DNA of 64,000 nt from Rhodospirillaceae bacterium. GTDB lineage: Bacteria; Pseudomonadota; Alphaproteobacteria; UBA6615. The notes beneath the pieces are model-generated. The model had not been told where the DNA came from. It saw only the letters and a list, made by a program, of their open reading frames with translations, and did not search any database. Where the stretch lies: positions 9,848 to 73,847 of the forward strand of contig PASR01000012.1 of NCBI GenBank assembly GCA_002713365.1. The letters are read 5' to 3'. This document shows, one piece after another, positions 20,793 to 30,766 of the stretch. The translations under genes were made by a program, and so were the position numbers. Positions within the stretch are counted from its first letter, which is position 1. Each line of letters opens with the position of its first letter.

Positions 20793-21803
20793 TTAATTAC
20801 TAAAATGCTGATATCCCTCAGAATCAACTTTTAGTATTTTTCCATTTATATCCTTTAAAGTTATAACATCTTCATTCAAACCTGCTCCGATGATTTTACC
20901 TATCTGTTTTATTTCAACATTATATTTTTCAGATAATTCACTCACTTGAGATATAAGTTCAAAGGGAACGGTAAAAACAAGCTCATAATCATCACCTCCA
21001 GATAATAATTCTATTCGTGAATCTATATCATTTTTAATAATAGATTCAGCTTCACTAGAGATTGGAATATCATTTAAATATATTTCAGCATAAACGCCAG
21101 AGGCTTCACATATATGCCTAAGATCAGCTAATAGTCCATCTGATACATCAGCTGCACTGTTTGCAATTCCGTTGAGGCCTTTTCCAAGATCTATCCTAGG
21201 AGTTGGCTTTCTAAATCTATTAACTAAATAATCAGTAATAGAAATATTATTTGATTTATAATGGCCTTGAATTAATGAAAGACCAAGTGCAGCGTCACCA
21301 ATAAACCCAGAAACATATATGTAGTCACCTATGCGAGCTCCACTTCTCAGCAAAATATTATTATCGTATATTTCACCTATCATTGTTATAGAAAGCATTA
21401 ATTCACTATGAGTATGTGTTGTATCCCCTCCTATCAATGAAATACTGAATTCCTTCTGCTCATCAGATAATCCCTCAACAAATGATTCAATCCATTTTAA
21501 AGTGGTAGAACTGGGAAGGGCTAAAACAAGTAAATATGCCCGTGGAACAGCACCCATAGCAGCAATATCTGATAAATTAACTCGAATAATACGACTAGCT
21601 AATATTTTAGGATCTTCAGATTTAGGAAAATGTACCCCTTCTATAATGGCATCAGTAGTTAGAACGATATTTCCTTTTTCTATATTTAATTTTGCAGCGT
21701 CATCACTTAGCCCATATGCTCCACCTTCTCCTAATGAAAGAGGAGAGAGATGCTCTTTAATCATTTTGAATTCATCAAAATGTGTTGATTTGATAGAGCT
21801 CAT
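20793..21803 (-). CDS. thiL: Thiamine-monophosphate kinase
   Basis: 336 aa in the AIR synthase-related family (LTTDAIIEGVHF; GGDDYELVFT), in the canonical position after nusB. Confidence 0.85.
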   Translation of the reverse strand: MSSIKSTHFDEFKMIKEHLSPLSLGEGGAYGLSDDAAKLNIEKGNIVLTTDAIIEGVHFPKSEDPKILASRIIRVNLSDIAAMGAVPRAYLLVLALPSSTTLKWIESFVEGLSDEQKEFSISLIGGDTTHTHSELMLSITMIGEIYDNNILLRSGARIGDYIYVSGFIGDAALGLSLIQGHYKSNNISITDYLVNRFRKPTPRIDLGKGLNGIANSAADVSDGLLADLRHICEASGVYAEIYLNDIPISSEAESIIKNDIDSRIELLSGGDDYELVFTVPFELISQVSELSEKYNVEIKQIGKIIGAGLNEDVITLKDINGKILKVDSEGYQHFSN

Positions 21804-21819
21804 ATTAAGAATTCGTTTC

Positions 21820-22314
21820 TTATAAATTTTGTTCTAGCCGCAATCTTTTTGATAATTTATCTAGTATTGCATTTACTAAAGCTGATTCATTTCCCGAAAA
21901 GAACGAATCAGAAATCGATATATATTCACTCACTAAAACGGCGGGCGGTATTTCTTTATGTGCTATTATTTCATATATACCACATCTTAATATAGTTAGT
22001 AACAATGTTTCCATTCTATCTATGGGCCAAGATTCATCTAGTGATTCATCTAGAATATCATTGATTTTATCTACTAAATCCTGTGTTCCTGTAACAAGCA
22101 ACCGATAGAATTCTTCATCAACATCGTGGAGTTTTTCTGATATATCTTCGGACAATTCATTTGGAGCGATACTTGAAAAATATGAAATAGATTTCTCTAC
22201 AGATACATTATTAAATTCGATTTGATATAAAGTTTGTACTGCTGACAGCCTAGCTACACTTCTAGCTAAATTATCTTTATTTACACTTGAAGAGTATGTT
22301 TTTTCAGAAATCAC
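21820..22314 (-). CDS. nusB: Transcription antitermination factor NusB
   Basis: 164 aa: ARSVARLSAVQTLYQIEF... Confidence 0.85.
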   Translation of the reverse strand: MISEKTYSSSVNKDNLARSVARLSAVQTLYQIEFNNVSVEKSISYFSSIAPNELSEDISEKLHDVDEEFYRLLVTGTQDLVDKINDILDESLDESWPIDRMETLLLTILRCGIYEIIAHKEIPPAVLVSEYISISDSFFSGNESALVNAILDKLSKRLRLEQNL

Positions 22315-22775
22315 CGAACAGACAGTCCAAAATTATTCTTTAATTCAAACATTTTTAGGCATACACGGGCAGCCTCTCCCCCTTTGTTTTTACGATTAAC
22401 AAAAGCCCGTTCTTCAGCTTGTTCTTTATTATCCACTGTTAGAACTCCAAATCCTATCGGAACTTTATGCTCTATAGCAATTGTTTGCAGCCCTCTAGCT
22501 GTTTCACCGCAAACATAATCATAATGAGATGTCTCACCTCGAATAACACAACCAAGAGCTACATAACCATCGACTGACTTATTTACTTCTGGTTTCTTGT
22601 TTGAATTAATTGACATTGATATAGCTGCTGGTATTTCGAATGCTCCTGGCACTTCTATAATTTCCCAAGTTGATTTGCTCTTCTTTAGCTCTACAATCGA
22701 CCCAGCTAACAACTCTTCAGCAATTTCTTTATAATATTTCGATACCACCAACATAATATGAGCGTTATGCGGCAT
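22311..22775 (-). CDS. ribH: 6,7-dimethyl-8-ribityllumazine synthase
   Basis: 154 aa: ...WEIIEVPGAFEIP...GYVALGCVIRGETSHYDYVC... Confidence 0.9.
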   Translation of the reverse strand: MPHNAHIMLVVSKYYKEIAEELLAGSIVELKKSKSTWEIIEVPGAFEIPAAISMSINSNKKPEVNKSVDGYVALGCVIRGETSHYDYVCGETARGLQTIAIEHKVPIGFGVLTVDNKEQAEERAFVNRKNKGGEAARVCLKMFELKNNFGLSVR

Positions 22776-23938
22776 TATCCATCTTCCCTATTTTGCGATT
22801 CATTACTTATAGGTCGTGTTTCAACAACTCTTAATCCAAAACCTTCTAGCCCGATTATAGATCTATTAGAATTAGATAATAATATAATATCTCGAACACC
22901 CAAATCGGTGAGTATTTGTGCACCAACTCCATAATCTCTTAGTTCATTCACTGGACTACTAGGAGAACTACGTAATTGTTTAATCCTATTACTTTCATCA
23001 GTTGGGGAAGTATCTCTTATAACTACTATTATTCCACTACCTTCTGCACCAATCATCTCCATAGATTTTTGCAATACTCCAGCATCTTTTGCATCAACAC
23101 TCCCTAAAGCGTCGCTTCCCAGGCTGAATGAATGCATACGGACGAGTGTTGGCACATCAGGAAAAACATTACCTTTAACAATAGCCACATGCTCCGCATA
23201 TTCTACCTTATTATAATAAACATAATATTTAAACTGACCTCCATATTCAGAGTGAAAGTCTTTATCCAGTAATCGCTCAACAATACGATCATTACGTCTG
23301 CGATAGGCAATTAAATCTGCTATTGCCCCTATTTTTATATTATGGAATTGTGCGAATTTAATTAACTCAGGTAAACGTGCCATTGTTCCATCATCATTCA
23401 TAATTTCACAGATTACTGAAGACGGGTTTAGGCCGGCCAATCTAGCTATATCAACTCCCGCTTCAGTGTGACCTGCTCGCACTAATACCCCACCATCTCT
23501 CGCAGCAAGTGGAAATACATGACCAGGAGTTACAATATCATTAGCTCTTGAATGAGGATCTATAGCAACACTAATCGTTCTAGCTCTATCTGGGGCCGAA
23601 ATTCCTGTGGTTACTCCATCTTTAGCTTCGATTGAAACCGTAAATGCCGTTTCCAATCCTCCGCGACGTGATTGTGGAAGTAAAGGTAAATCAAGTTGAT
23701 TTACTCTCTCTCTGGATAGAGCTAAGCAAATTAATCCACGCCCATTTGTTGCCATAAAGTTTACTGCATCAGGAGTGGCCATTTGAGCAGGAATAACCAA
23801 ATCACCTTCATTCTCTCGATCTTCATCATCAATAAGGATAAACATGCGCCCATTACGGGCATCATCAATTATATCTTCAATTGGCGATAAAATACTAACA
23901 TCATCTTCAGATCGCTGAATCTGGACTTCATCTTTCAA
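22775..23938 (-). CDS. ribB: 3,4-dihydroxy-2-butanone 4-phosphate synthase fused to a degenerate (probably inactive) GTP cyclohydrolase II-like domain (RibBX-type)
   Basis: The N-terminal DHBP synthase domain is intact (DDEDRENEGDLVIPA ... RAGHTEAGVD). The C-terminal RibA-like domain has lost the zinc-binding Cys triad: RMHSFSLGSDALGSVDAKDAG versus canonical RVHSECLTGDALxSLRCDCG. Confidence 0.85.
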   Translation of the reverse strand: MKDEVQIQRSEDDVSILSPIEDIIDDARNGRMFILIDDEDRENEGDLVIPAQMATPDAVNFMATNGRGLICLALSRERVNQLDLPLLPQSRRGGLETAFTVSIEAKDGVTTGISAPDRARTISVAIDPHSRANDIVTPGHVFPLAARDGGVLVRAGHTEAGVDIARLAGLNPSSVICEIMNDDGTMARLPELIKFAQFHNIKIGAIADLIAYRRRNDRIVERLLDKDFHSEYGGQFKYYVYYNKVEYAEHVAIVKGNVFPDVPTLVRMHSFSLGSDALGSVDAKDAGVLQKSMEMIGAEGSGIIVVIRDTSPTDESNRIKQLRSSPSSPVNELRDYGVGAQILTDLGVRDIILLSNSNRSIIGLEGFGLRVVETRPISNESQNREDG

Positions 23939-23941
23939 TGC

Positions 23942-24532
23942 TTAACTCCGTTCCATAAGTCTCGCTACATAGCGAGCTACTACATCAATTTCTAGATTAA
24001 CAATTTGACCGGTTTCATAAAAACTAAAACTAGTACTTTCCCATGTATGAGGAATGATATTTACGCCAAATGTATTATCCACAACCTCATTAATAGTTAG
24101 TGATACACCATCAATAGTAATTGAACCTTTACTCGCAATATATTTAGATAATTGAAATGGAGCAGATATCAAAATTCTATGATTATTTCCTTCTAATTGT
24201 ATACTTTCAATCTTTCCTACACCATCAACATGTCCAAGTACTATATGTCCTCCCAACTCGTCTTTAAGACGCAAAGAACGTTCAAGGTTTACATGCGTAC
24301 CAGTTTTCCAAGTATTTAAACATGTGCATTCTAAAGTTTCACCTGAAACATCCGCTGCAAACCATTCTTTACCCAAATCAACTACCGTCAGACATGCGCC
24401 ACTACATGCTATAGAAGACCCCAAGGAAATATTATTGGTGTCATAATTCGTGCTGATTTTCAATCTATACCCTACTTTTAGAGCATCAATTAGCAAGACA
24501 CGACCAATGTCAGTAGTTATTCCAGTAAACAT
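23942..24532 (-). CDS. ribE: Riboflavin synthase alpha chain
   Basis: MFTGITTDIGRV ... CLTVVD ... two lumazine-binding repeats. Confidence 0.9.
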   Translation of the reverse strand: MFTGITTDIGRVLLIDALKVGYRLKISTNYDTNNISLGSSIACSGACLTVVDLGKEWFAADVSGETLECTCLNTWKTGTHVNLERSLRLKDELGGHIVLGHVDGVGKIESIQLEGNNHRILISAPFQLSKYIASKGSITIDGVSLTINEVVDNTFGVNIIPHTWESTSFSFYETGQIVNLEIDVVARYVARLMERS

Positions 24533-24533
24533 T

Positions 24534-25670
24534 TTAATTAATCAATCCTATTCGACCATAAAGATCCAGTGTTTCAGAACCAATATTTTCATGATTAAGC
24601 AGTTCAAACTTATGCATGCTATCAATACCATCAACACCAAGATTACTAAACACCGATTTTCCATCCGCACCAATTAGACTTGGGGCACGAAACCAAGCTA
24701 GTAAATCAACCAGATTAGATCGCAAGAAAGAGGTACTAAGAGTAGCCCCCCCTTCAACCATAAGCCTGGTAATACCTCGCTTAGCTAGAGCCGCGAGAGC
24801 CAAATATAAATCAATATGCCCTTCACCATCTAGGGCAACTGATATAATTTCAACACCGTATTCTTCAAATTTATTTATCACAGAAAGATCATGATTTTTC
24901 GATGTTATTATCCAAGTTTTATAAGACGATGCTGTTTTTAATATATCAGAATTGAAGTCTATTTTTAAACTGCTATCAAATACGACTCTTACTGGTGAAC
25001 GATTCTCAAGACCTGGCAAACGACAGGTTAGCTTTGGGTTATCTTGAAGAACAGTATTTATACCAATTGCTATGGCATCATACTGAGATCTCATTATATG
25101 AACCTTTTCACGAGCTAAAGCACCAGTTATCCACTTTGATTCACCAGTCTTAGTTGCAATCTTGCCATCTACAGTAGTAGCCATTTTGAGGGTTACTAAT
25201 GGCCGTCCTGATCTAACTTTGTTAAAAAATCCAGCATTTAAAGATTCTGATTCTTGCTCTAATATTCCTGAGACAACCTCAACACCAGATTTTTTTAATA
25301 ACTCTATACCCATACCCGACATTCGGGGATCTGGGTCAACACATCCTATCACAACTCTTCTAAGACCAGATTCTATTAATAAATTAACACAGGGCGGGGT
25401 CTTACCATAGTGACAACATGGTTCAAGAGACACGTATGCAGTACTGCCTATAAGGCTATCTTTACCATAAACACTAATTGCTTGATTTATTGCTTGATTT
25501 TCTGCGTGAGGAAAACCGCCGCTTTGGGTTGTTCCACGCCCTATAATTATTTTTTTATCTGTATCAGACCGAACTATAACACAACCCACGGAAGGATTCG
25601 GCCACGTTCTGCCAAGACCTCTCTGACCAAGTCGCAACGCTATTTTCATATATTTAGAATCATCACTCAT
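24534..25670 (-). CDS. ribD: Bifunctional diaminohydroxyphosphoribosylaminopyrimidine deaminase / 5-amino-6-(5-phosphoribosylamino)uracil reductase
   Basis: 378 aa with the deaminase zinc motif (HAENQAI ... EPCCHYGKTPPC) and a C-terminal reductase domain. Confidence 0.9.
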   Translation of the reverse strand: MSDDSKYMKIALRLGQRGLGRTWPNPSVGCVIVRSDTDKKIIIGRGTTQSGGFPHAENQAINQAISVYGKDSLIGSTAYVSLEPCCHYGKTPPCVNLLIESGLRRVVIGCVDPDPRMSGMGIELLKKSGVEVVSGILEQESESLNAGFFNKVRSGRPLVTLKMATTVDGKIATKTGESKWITGALAREKVHIMRSQYDAIAIGINTVLQDNPKLTCRLPGLENRSPVRVVFDSSLKIDFNSDILKTASSYKTWIITSKNHDLSVINKFEEYGVEIISVALDGEGHIDLYLALAALAKRGITRLMVEGGATLSTSFLRSNLVDLLAWFRAPSLIGADGKSVFSNLGVDGIDSMHKFELLNHENIGSETLDLYGRIGLIN

Positions 25671-25697
25671 GGCTTTAATAAGCCAGATTTCTATTAT

Positions 25698-26165
25698 TTA
25701 ATCTAGAGCTTCAGGTGCTAATTGTTCAACACCAATAAAATCTTCGAAATCTTTTGCTTCTCTAAAATTCTTATATACGGATGCAAATCTTACATAGGCA
25801 ACTGAATCTAAACTAGCCAATGCATCCATAACCGCTTCTCCAATAGCATCGCTAGATATTTCGGACTCACCCGATGATTCAAGACGCCTTACAATACCAC
25901 TAACAACCCGGTCTATTCGCTCTGGATCAACAGGACGTTTACTTAAAGCAATTCGCATAGACCTTTCCAATTTATCACGATCAAAAGGTGCTCTTTGTCC
26001 ATTATTCTTGATAACTAATAAGTCCCTTAACTGAACACGCTCAAATGTTGTCCATCTAGCTCCACAATTAGGGCATGCCCTTCTACGACGTATAGAAGTA
26101 TTATCTTCTGTAGGACGTGAGTCCTTAACATGAGTATCGGAATGGCCACAAAATGGACACTTCAT
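25698..26165 (-). CDS. nrdR: Transcriptional repressor NrdR
   Basis: [18 protein letters not shown] ... [14 protein letters not shown]: zinc ribbon plus ATP-cone. Confidence 0.95.
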   Translation of the reverse strand: MKCPFCGHSDTHVKDSRPTEDNTSIRRRRACPNCGARWTTFERVQLRDLLVIKNNGQRAPFDRDKLERSMRIALSKRPVDPERIDRVVSGIVRRLESSGESEISSDAIGEAVMDALASLDSVAYVRFASVYKNFREAKDFEDFIGVEQLAPEALD

Positions 26166-26197
26166 ATCTTACACCCTCATTAATTAAACGTTTTAAT

Positions 26198-27505
26198 TTA
26201 ATTATCACCGTAAATGGGAAAACGACTACATAAATCGGAGATTTTTAATCTTACTGAATTTTCAACCTCTATGTTATTTATTCGATTATTAGAAAGTCCA
26301 TTTAGTACTTCTGATATAAGTTCACCTACTATTCTAAATTCACTAGAGCCAAAACCACGTGTCGTAGCTGCTGGGCTACCGAGCCGTATGCCAGAAGTTA
26401 CAGATGGTTTCTCTGGGTCAAATGGGACCCCATTCTTATTACAGGTTAAACCTGCTTTTTCTAAAGATGCCTCTGCTATATCTCCGGTCAATCCCTTGGG
26501 CCTTAGATCAACTAATAATACATGTGTGTCAGTTCCACCTGAAACTATGTCTAATCCGTTTTCCATTAAGACATTCGATAAAACTGACGCATTCTTAACA
26601 ACCTGTTCCACATAATTTTTAAAGCTAGGCTGTAAGGCTTCACCAAAAGCTACAGCCTTAGCAGCAATAATGTGCATAAGAGGACCGCCTTGAAGACCTG
26701 GAAAGACCGCAGAATTCAATTTTTTACCTATATCAACATTATTTGTTAGAATCATTCCGCCCCTTGGCCCACGCAATGTTTTATGGGTCGTAGTTGTTAC
26801 TACATCTGCATAAGGTAAAGGGCTTAGATGTACTCCTCCTGCCACCAGACCTGAGAAATGGGCCATATCTACCATTAACATACAATCATACTTATCTGCG
26901 ATATAACGAAAACGTTCAAAATCTATAGAACGAGGATAAGCAGAACCCCCAGCAATTAAAATCTTTGGTTTATATTCTTTTGCTAATTTTTCAATTTCGT
27001 CAAAATCAATTAATGCATCACTGCGTTTTACACCATACTGAATTGAGTTAAACCATTTTCCAGATTGATTCGGGGGAGCTCCATGAGTTAAATGGCCGCC
27101 AGCAGCTAATGACATACCCAGGATGGTATCACCTGGTTTACACAATGCTAACATAACAGCCTGATTTGCTTGAGATCCAGAATGTGGTTGAACATTCGCA
27201 TATTCACATTTAAACAAAGATTTAGCTCTATCAATCGCTAGTGATTCTGCTACGTCCACATATTCACATCCACCATAGTATCTTCGACCAGGGTATCCTT
27301 CGGCATATTTATTAGTAAGGACTGAACCGGCTGCTTCTAAAACAGCTTTAGAAGTAATATTTTCAGATGCAATTAACTCCACCTGATCTTTTTGCCTATA
27401 AAGTTCAGAATTAATAGCATCAGATATTAACGGATCAGCATCAGCCAAGCCTCTGTAAAAAAAATCGTCATTATAATCTTCAATATCAATAGCTTCAGTG
27501 GTCAT
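26198..27505 (-). CDS. glyA: Serine hydroxymethyltransferase
   Basis: 435 aa with the PLP-Lys motif [14 protein letters not shown]. Confidence 0.95.
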   Translation of the reverse strand: MTTEAIDIEDYNDDFFYRGLADADPLISDAINSELYRQKDQVELIASENITSKAVLEAAGSVLTNKYAEGYPGRRYYGGCEYVDVAESLAIDRAKSLFKCEYANVQPHSGSQANQAVMLALCKPGDTILGMSLAAGGHLTHGAPPNQSGKWFNSIQYGVKRSDALIDFDEIEKLAKEYKPKILIAGGSAYPRSIDFERFRYIADKYDCMLMVDMAHFSGLVAGGVHLSPLPYADVVTTTTHKTLRGPRGGMILTNNVDIGKKLNSAVFPGLQGGPLMHIIAAKAVAFGEALQPSFKNYVEQVVKNASVLSNVLMENGLDIVSGGTDTHVLLVDLRPKGLTGDIAEASLEKAGLTCNKNGVPFDPEKPSVTSGIRLGSPAATTRGFGSSEFRIVGELISEVLNGLSNNRINNIEVENSVRLKISDLCSRFPIYGDN

Positions 27506-27543
27506 TAAATATTTATTCCTTGTTTCAATCTGAATCTCTTTAT

Positions 27544-27981
27544 TTATCCCAATTTGACTATACGACGTAAATGTCGTTCTCCTCCTTCAAAAGGAGTAGA
27601 TAAGAAAACACGAAGGCACTCTTTGGCAACTTCTGATCCAATTATGCGTGCCCCCATAGATATTATATTGGCATCATTATGCAGCCTAGCTAGACGCGCA
27701 GTTGTCGCATCATGACAAACAGCCGCTCGAATTGAGTTTATTCTATTAGCGGCTATGGAAATACCTATACCCGTCCCACAAATAACCACGCCTCTATTAA
27801 CAGCCCCTTCAACTAATACTTCCGCAACTTTTTTTCCATAATCTGAGTAATCCACAGCATCTGTATTATTAGTACCTAGGTCTATATATTTTATATTCAT
27901 AGACTCCACTTCAGATTTCAATTTTTCCTTGAGAGAGAAACCTGCATGATCAGCAGCTAGAGCTACAATAATCTGGGTCAT
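27544..27981 (-). CDS. rpiB: Ribose-5-phosphate isomerase B
   Basis: 145 aa: [21 protein letters not shown] ... [16 protein letters not shown]. Confidence 0.9.
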   Translation of the reverse strand: MTQIIVALAADHAGFSLKEKLKSEVESMNIKYIDLGTNNTDAVDYSDYGKKVAEVLVEGAVNRGVVICGTGIGISIAANRINSIRAAVCHDATTARLARLHNDANIISMGARIIGSEVAKECLRVFLSTPFEGGERHLRRIVKLG

Positions 27982-28198
27982 TTATTATATCCGTTGAAAT
28001 AATTTGATTATTTTTACCTAATAGACTTACCACATATTGTGTGTTTGTGCCAAGTTACTACTAATATTATGTTTAACAGCTTATTTATTAGACATATTTA
28101 ATAAATTTAAAAAAAATATTATAAATAGATATAATATTAAGCTGTATATTAATGAAACCAACTACTACTTATCATGTTAAGGGATGAGGTGGTTATAA

Positions 28199-28618
28199 AT
28201 GACTCAAGAAACTAATGTAAATATAAATCATAAAGATATGCTGCATATGACGGCACAAGTGGTCACCGCATACGTAGGAAATAACAATATTAACGGATCA
28301 CAAATTTCTGATTTAGTTAAATCTGTATATACGAGTTTATCAGGATTAAATGATATCTTAGAAAAGTCTTCTTCGATAAAGAAAATTCCTGCGGTAGCAA
28401 TAAAGAGATCAGTCAGGGCTGATTATATAATTTGCCTTGAAGATGGTAAAAAATTAAAAATGCTTAAACGACATTTAAGAACCACTTATGGATTAAGCCC
28501 CGATCAATATCGTCTGAGGTGGGGACTCAAATCAGATTACCCAATGGTCGCCCCTAACTACGCGAAACAAAGGTCTGCATTTGCAAAAAAGATAGGATTA
28601 GGAAAGAAGTCGGCCTAA
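28199..28618 (+). CDS. mucR: Ros/MucR family zinc-finger transcriptional regulator
   Basis: 139 aa: ...ICLEDGKKLKMLKRHLRTTYGLSPDQYRLRWGL..DYPMVAPNYA..R...A is the Ros/MucR DNA-binding zinc-finger region. Confidence 0.85.
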   Translation: MTQETNVNINHKDMLHMTAQVVTAYVGNNNINGSQISDLVKSVYTSLSGLNDILEKSSSIKKIPAVAIKRSVRADYIICLEDGKKLKMLKRHLRTTYGLSPDQYRLRWGLKSDYPMVAPNYAKQRSAFAKKIGLGKKSA

Positions 28619-28691
28619 GAAATAGTATAAACATTTTTTCTTATTATTTTATTGATCTAAGGTAATAAAAATTCTTTTAGGACATAATACA

Positions 28692-29075
28692 ATGGCAAAT
28701 AAAAAACATAAATTCATAGTAAATAAGTCTGAAGAAGCAATTTGGGAAAAAGGTCTGAGGAGTGAGTTTGAATATAGGGACCTAGGTATCCGTGAAGCGA
28801 CATCAAATGAATTTGGAGCGCAGGTAATAAGAATGACTGAAGGTGGCCTTCATGAAGCAACAGGAAAACACAGTCATCTAACAAACTTCCAAATGTTTTA
28901 TGTTCTTGAAGGAGAAGCTAAGTTTTATTTTGATAATGAAGGCGAAATAACAGTTAAAAAAGGAGACTGTTATTATCAACCAGATGGGCTAATACATGAT
29001 GCACTGTATATGTCTGATGACTGCAAGTTATTAGAGATAACCGCACCGGCAGATTTTGAGACTAAGATTTATTAA
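28692..29075 (+). CDS. Cupin domain protein
   Basis: 127 aa with cupin motifs (HSHLTNFQMFYVLEGEAKFYF ... PDGLIHD). Confidence 0.7.
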   Translation: MANKKHKFIVNKSEEAIWEKGLRSEFEYRDLGIREATSNEFGAQVIRMTEGGLHEATGKHSHLTNFQMFYVLEGEAKFYFDNEGEITVKKGDCYYQPDGLIHDALYMSDDCKLLEITAPADFETKIY

Positions 29076-29125
29076 AATTAATCATAGAGAAAAACACTAA
29101 TTAAAACATATACATTGGATTTGTA

Positions 29126-30337
29126 ATGAACGAAGTTAACAGTTCTTCAAAAAATAATACCAAAAAAAATAACTTTATCTGGCAAGACCCGCTACTGCTT
29201 GATGATTTACTTACAGAAGATGAGAGAATAGTCAGAGATACGGCCAATTCTTATGCCCAAGAGAATCTGATGCCAAGAATTTTGGAGGCAAACCGTCAAG
29301 AAAATTTTGACCGTAATATAATGAATGAAATGGGTAAGCTTGGTTTTCTTGGATCAACTTTACCAGAAAAATACTGATGCGCAGATGTAAATAATGTTTG
29401 CTATGGGTTGTTAGCTAGAGAAATAGAAAGAGTGGATTCAGGATATAGATCCGCCCTGTCAGTTCAATCTTCTTTGGTAATGTGGCCAATTTATACTTAT
29501 GGCAATGAAGAACAGAGAATAAAATATTTACCAAAACTTTCAACAGGGGAATGGATCGGTTCATTTGGCTTAACAGAACCTAATGCAGGATCTGACCCTT
29601 CTAGCATGTTGACAAGGGCCACCAAAACAGAGGATGGATTTTTATTAAATGGTTCAAAAATGTGGATATCAAATGCACCAATAGCTGATATATTTGTTAT
29701 TTGGGCCAAAGACAATGAAAATATTATACGTGGTTTTATTCTTGAAAGAGAAATGAAAGGACTTACAACTCCAAAAATAGAAGGGAAATTCTCTTTACGG
29801 TCCTCATCAACAGGTGAAGTCGTGATGGACAATGTATTTGTTCCTTTTGAAAATAAACTGCCAAATGCACAAGGACTTAGTGGACCCTTTGGATGCTTAA
29901 ATAAGGCTAGGTATGGGATAGCTTGGGGAGCAATTGGAGCTGCCGAGTTTTGTTGGCATGCAGCCCACCAATACACATTAGACAGACATCAATTTGGAAA
30001 ACCTCTAGCCGCAACGCAACTAGTTCAAAAAAAGTTAGCCGACATACAAACAGAAATAACTTTAGCTTTACACGCAAGCTTAAGACTTGGCAGATTAATG
30101 GATGAAGACAAGTCATCGCCAGAAATGATTTCTCTACTCAAACGTAATAATGCAGGTAAGGCACTTGATATAGCAAGATTATCCAGAGATATGCACGGCG
30201 GCAACGGAATATCTGATGAATTTCATGTGATACGTCATCTTATGAACTTAGAGACAGTTAATACATATGAAGGGACGCATGATGTTCATGCCTTAATACT
30301 AGGAAGAGCACAAACTGGAATACAAGCATTTTTCTAA
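29126..30337 (+). pseudogene. gcdH: Glutaryl-CoA dehydrogenase (acyl-CoA dehydrogenase family) interrupted by a single in-frame TGA at 29375-29377
   Basis: ORFs 29126..29377 and 29408..30337 are in the same frame. The TGA falls where the conserved Gly of the ...Y-G-C-A-x-V... segment belongs (...[30 protein letters not shown]...). GGA to TGA is a single-base change. Confidence 0.8.
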
Positions 30338-30341
30338 TAAA

Positions 30342-30596
30342 ATGAATAAAGATCAAGCAATTAACCAACTGCGTTTGCGGTTATTATTATTAATAATAGG
30401 CCTGATATTATCTTATATTATATCGTTTGGTTTAGCCATTTATTTTGTATTTAGTAACAATTATTTTAAGGATGATAATAGCTTATTAATTATATCTATT
30501 GGCATAATTTTACTATTTATGAGTTTTTTACATATCAGATTTCAATATCGAAAATACAGCCTTTACCTTATGAGAGCTCAGAAGCTAGAAGAATAA
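30342..30596 (+). CDS. Hypothetical small membrane protein (2 TM)
   Basis: 84 aa with two hydrophobic helices. Starts 4 nt after the gcdH stop. Confidence 0.4.
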   Translation: MNKDQAINQLRLRLLLLIIGLILSYIISFGLAIYFVFSNNYFKDDNSLLIISIGIILLFMSFLHIRFQYRKYSLYLMRAQKLEE

Positions 30597-30627
30597 TACA
30601 TTAATATCTCTATCTAATAACAAAAGA

Positions 30628-30656
30628 TTTATCATTACAGTTAATGTATATATAAT
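30628..30656 (+). promoter_or_regulatory. Candidate sigma70 promoter for the TPP-riboswitch/thiOSG transcript (TATAAT at 30651-30656; weak -35)
   Basis: TATAAT lies about 30 nt upstream of the aptamer 5' end. The -35 (TTTATC) is poor. Confidence 0.25.
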
Positions 30657-30684
30657 AGAGTTTTATAAAACTAATATTTTAACA

Positions 30685-30762
30685 ACTGGGGTGTCGCCTT
30701 TTCTAGTCGACTGAGATCATACCCATAGAACCTGAGCTGGATAATGCCTGCGTAGGGAGTAA
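30685..30762 (+). promoter_or_regulatory. TPP (thiamine pyrophosphate) riboswitch, THI element
   Basis: ACUGGGGUGUCGCC...CUGAGA...ACCC..GAACCUGAGCUGGAUAAUGCCUGCGUAGGGAG is a near-perfect match to the THI-box consensus (GGGGUG, CUGAGA, ACCUGAUCUGGAUAAUGCCAGCGUAGGGAA). It sits directly upstream of thiO-thiS-thiG. Confidence 0.9.
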
Positions 30763-30766
30763 AATT

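Noticed and set aside
29375-29377. The in-frame TGA in gcdH as evidence of a reassigned genetic code (UGA=Gly, code 25, or UGA=Trp, code 4), or of selenocysteine
   Set aside because: TGA clearly terminates other conserved genes here (for example rplM ends ATGA overlapping rpsI), and this is the only internal TGA among about 70 conserved genes. GcdH is not a selenoprotein and no SECIS-like hairpin follows. A single GGA to TGA substitution or base-call error is far more parsimonious.
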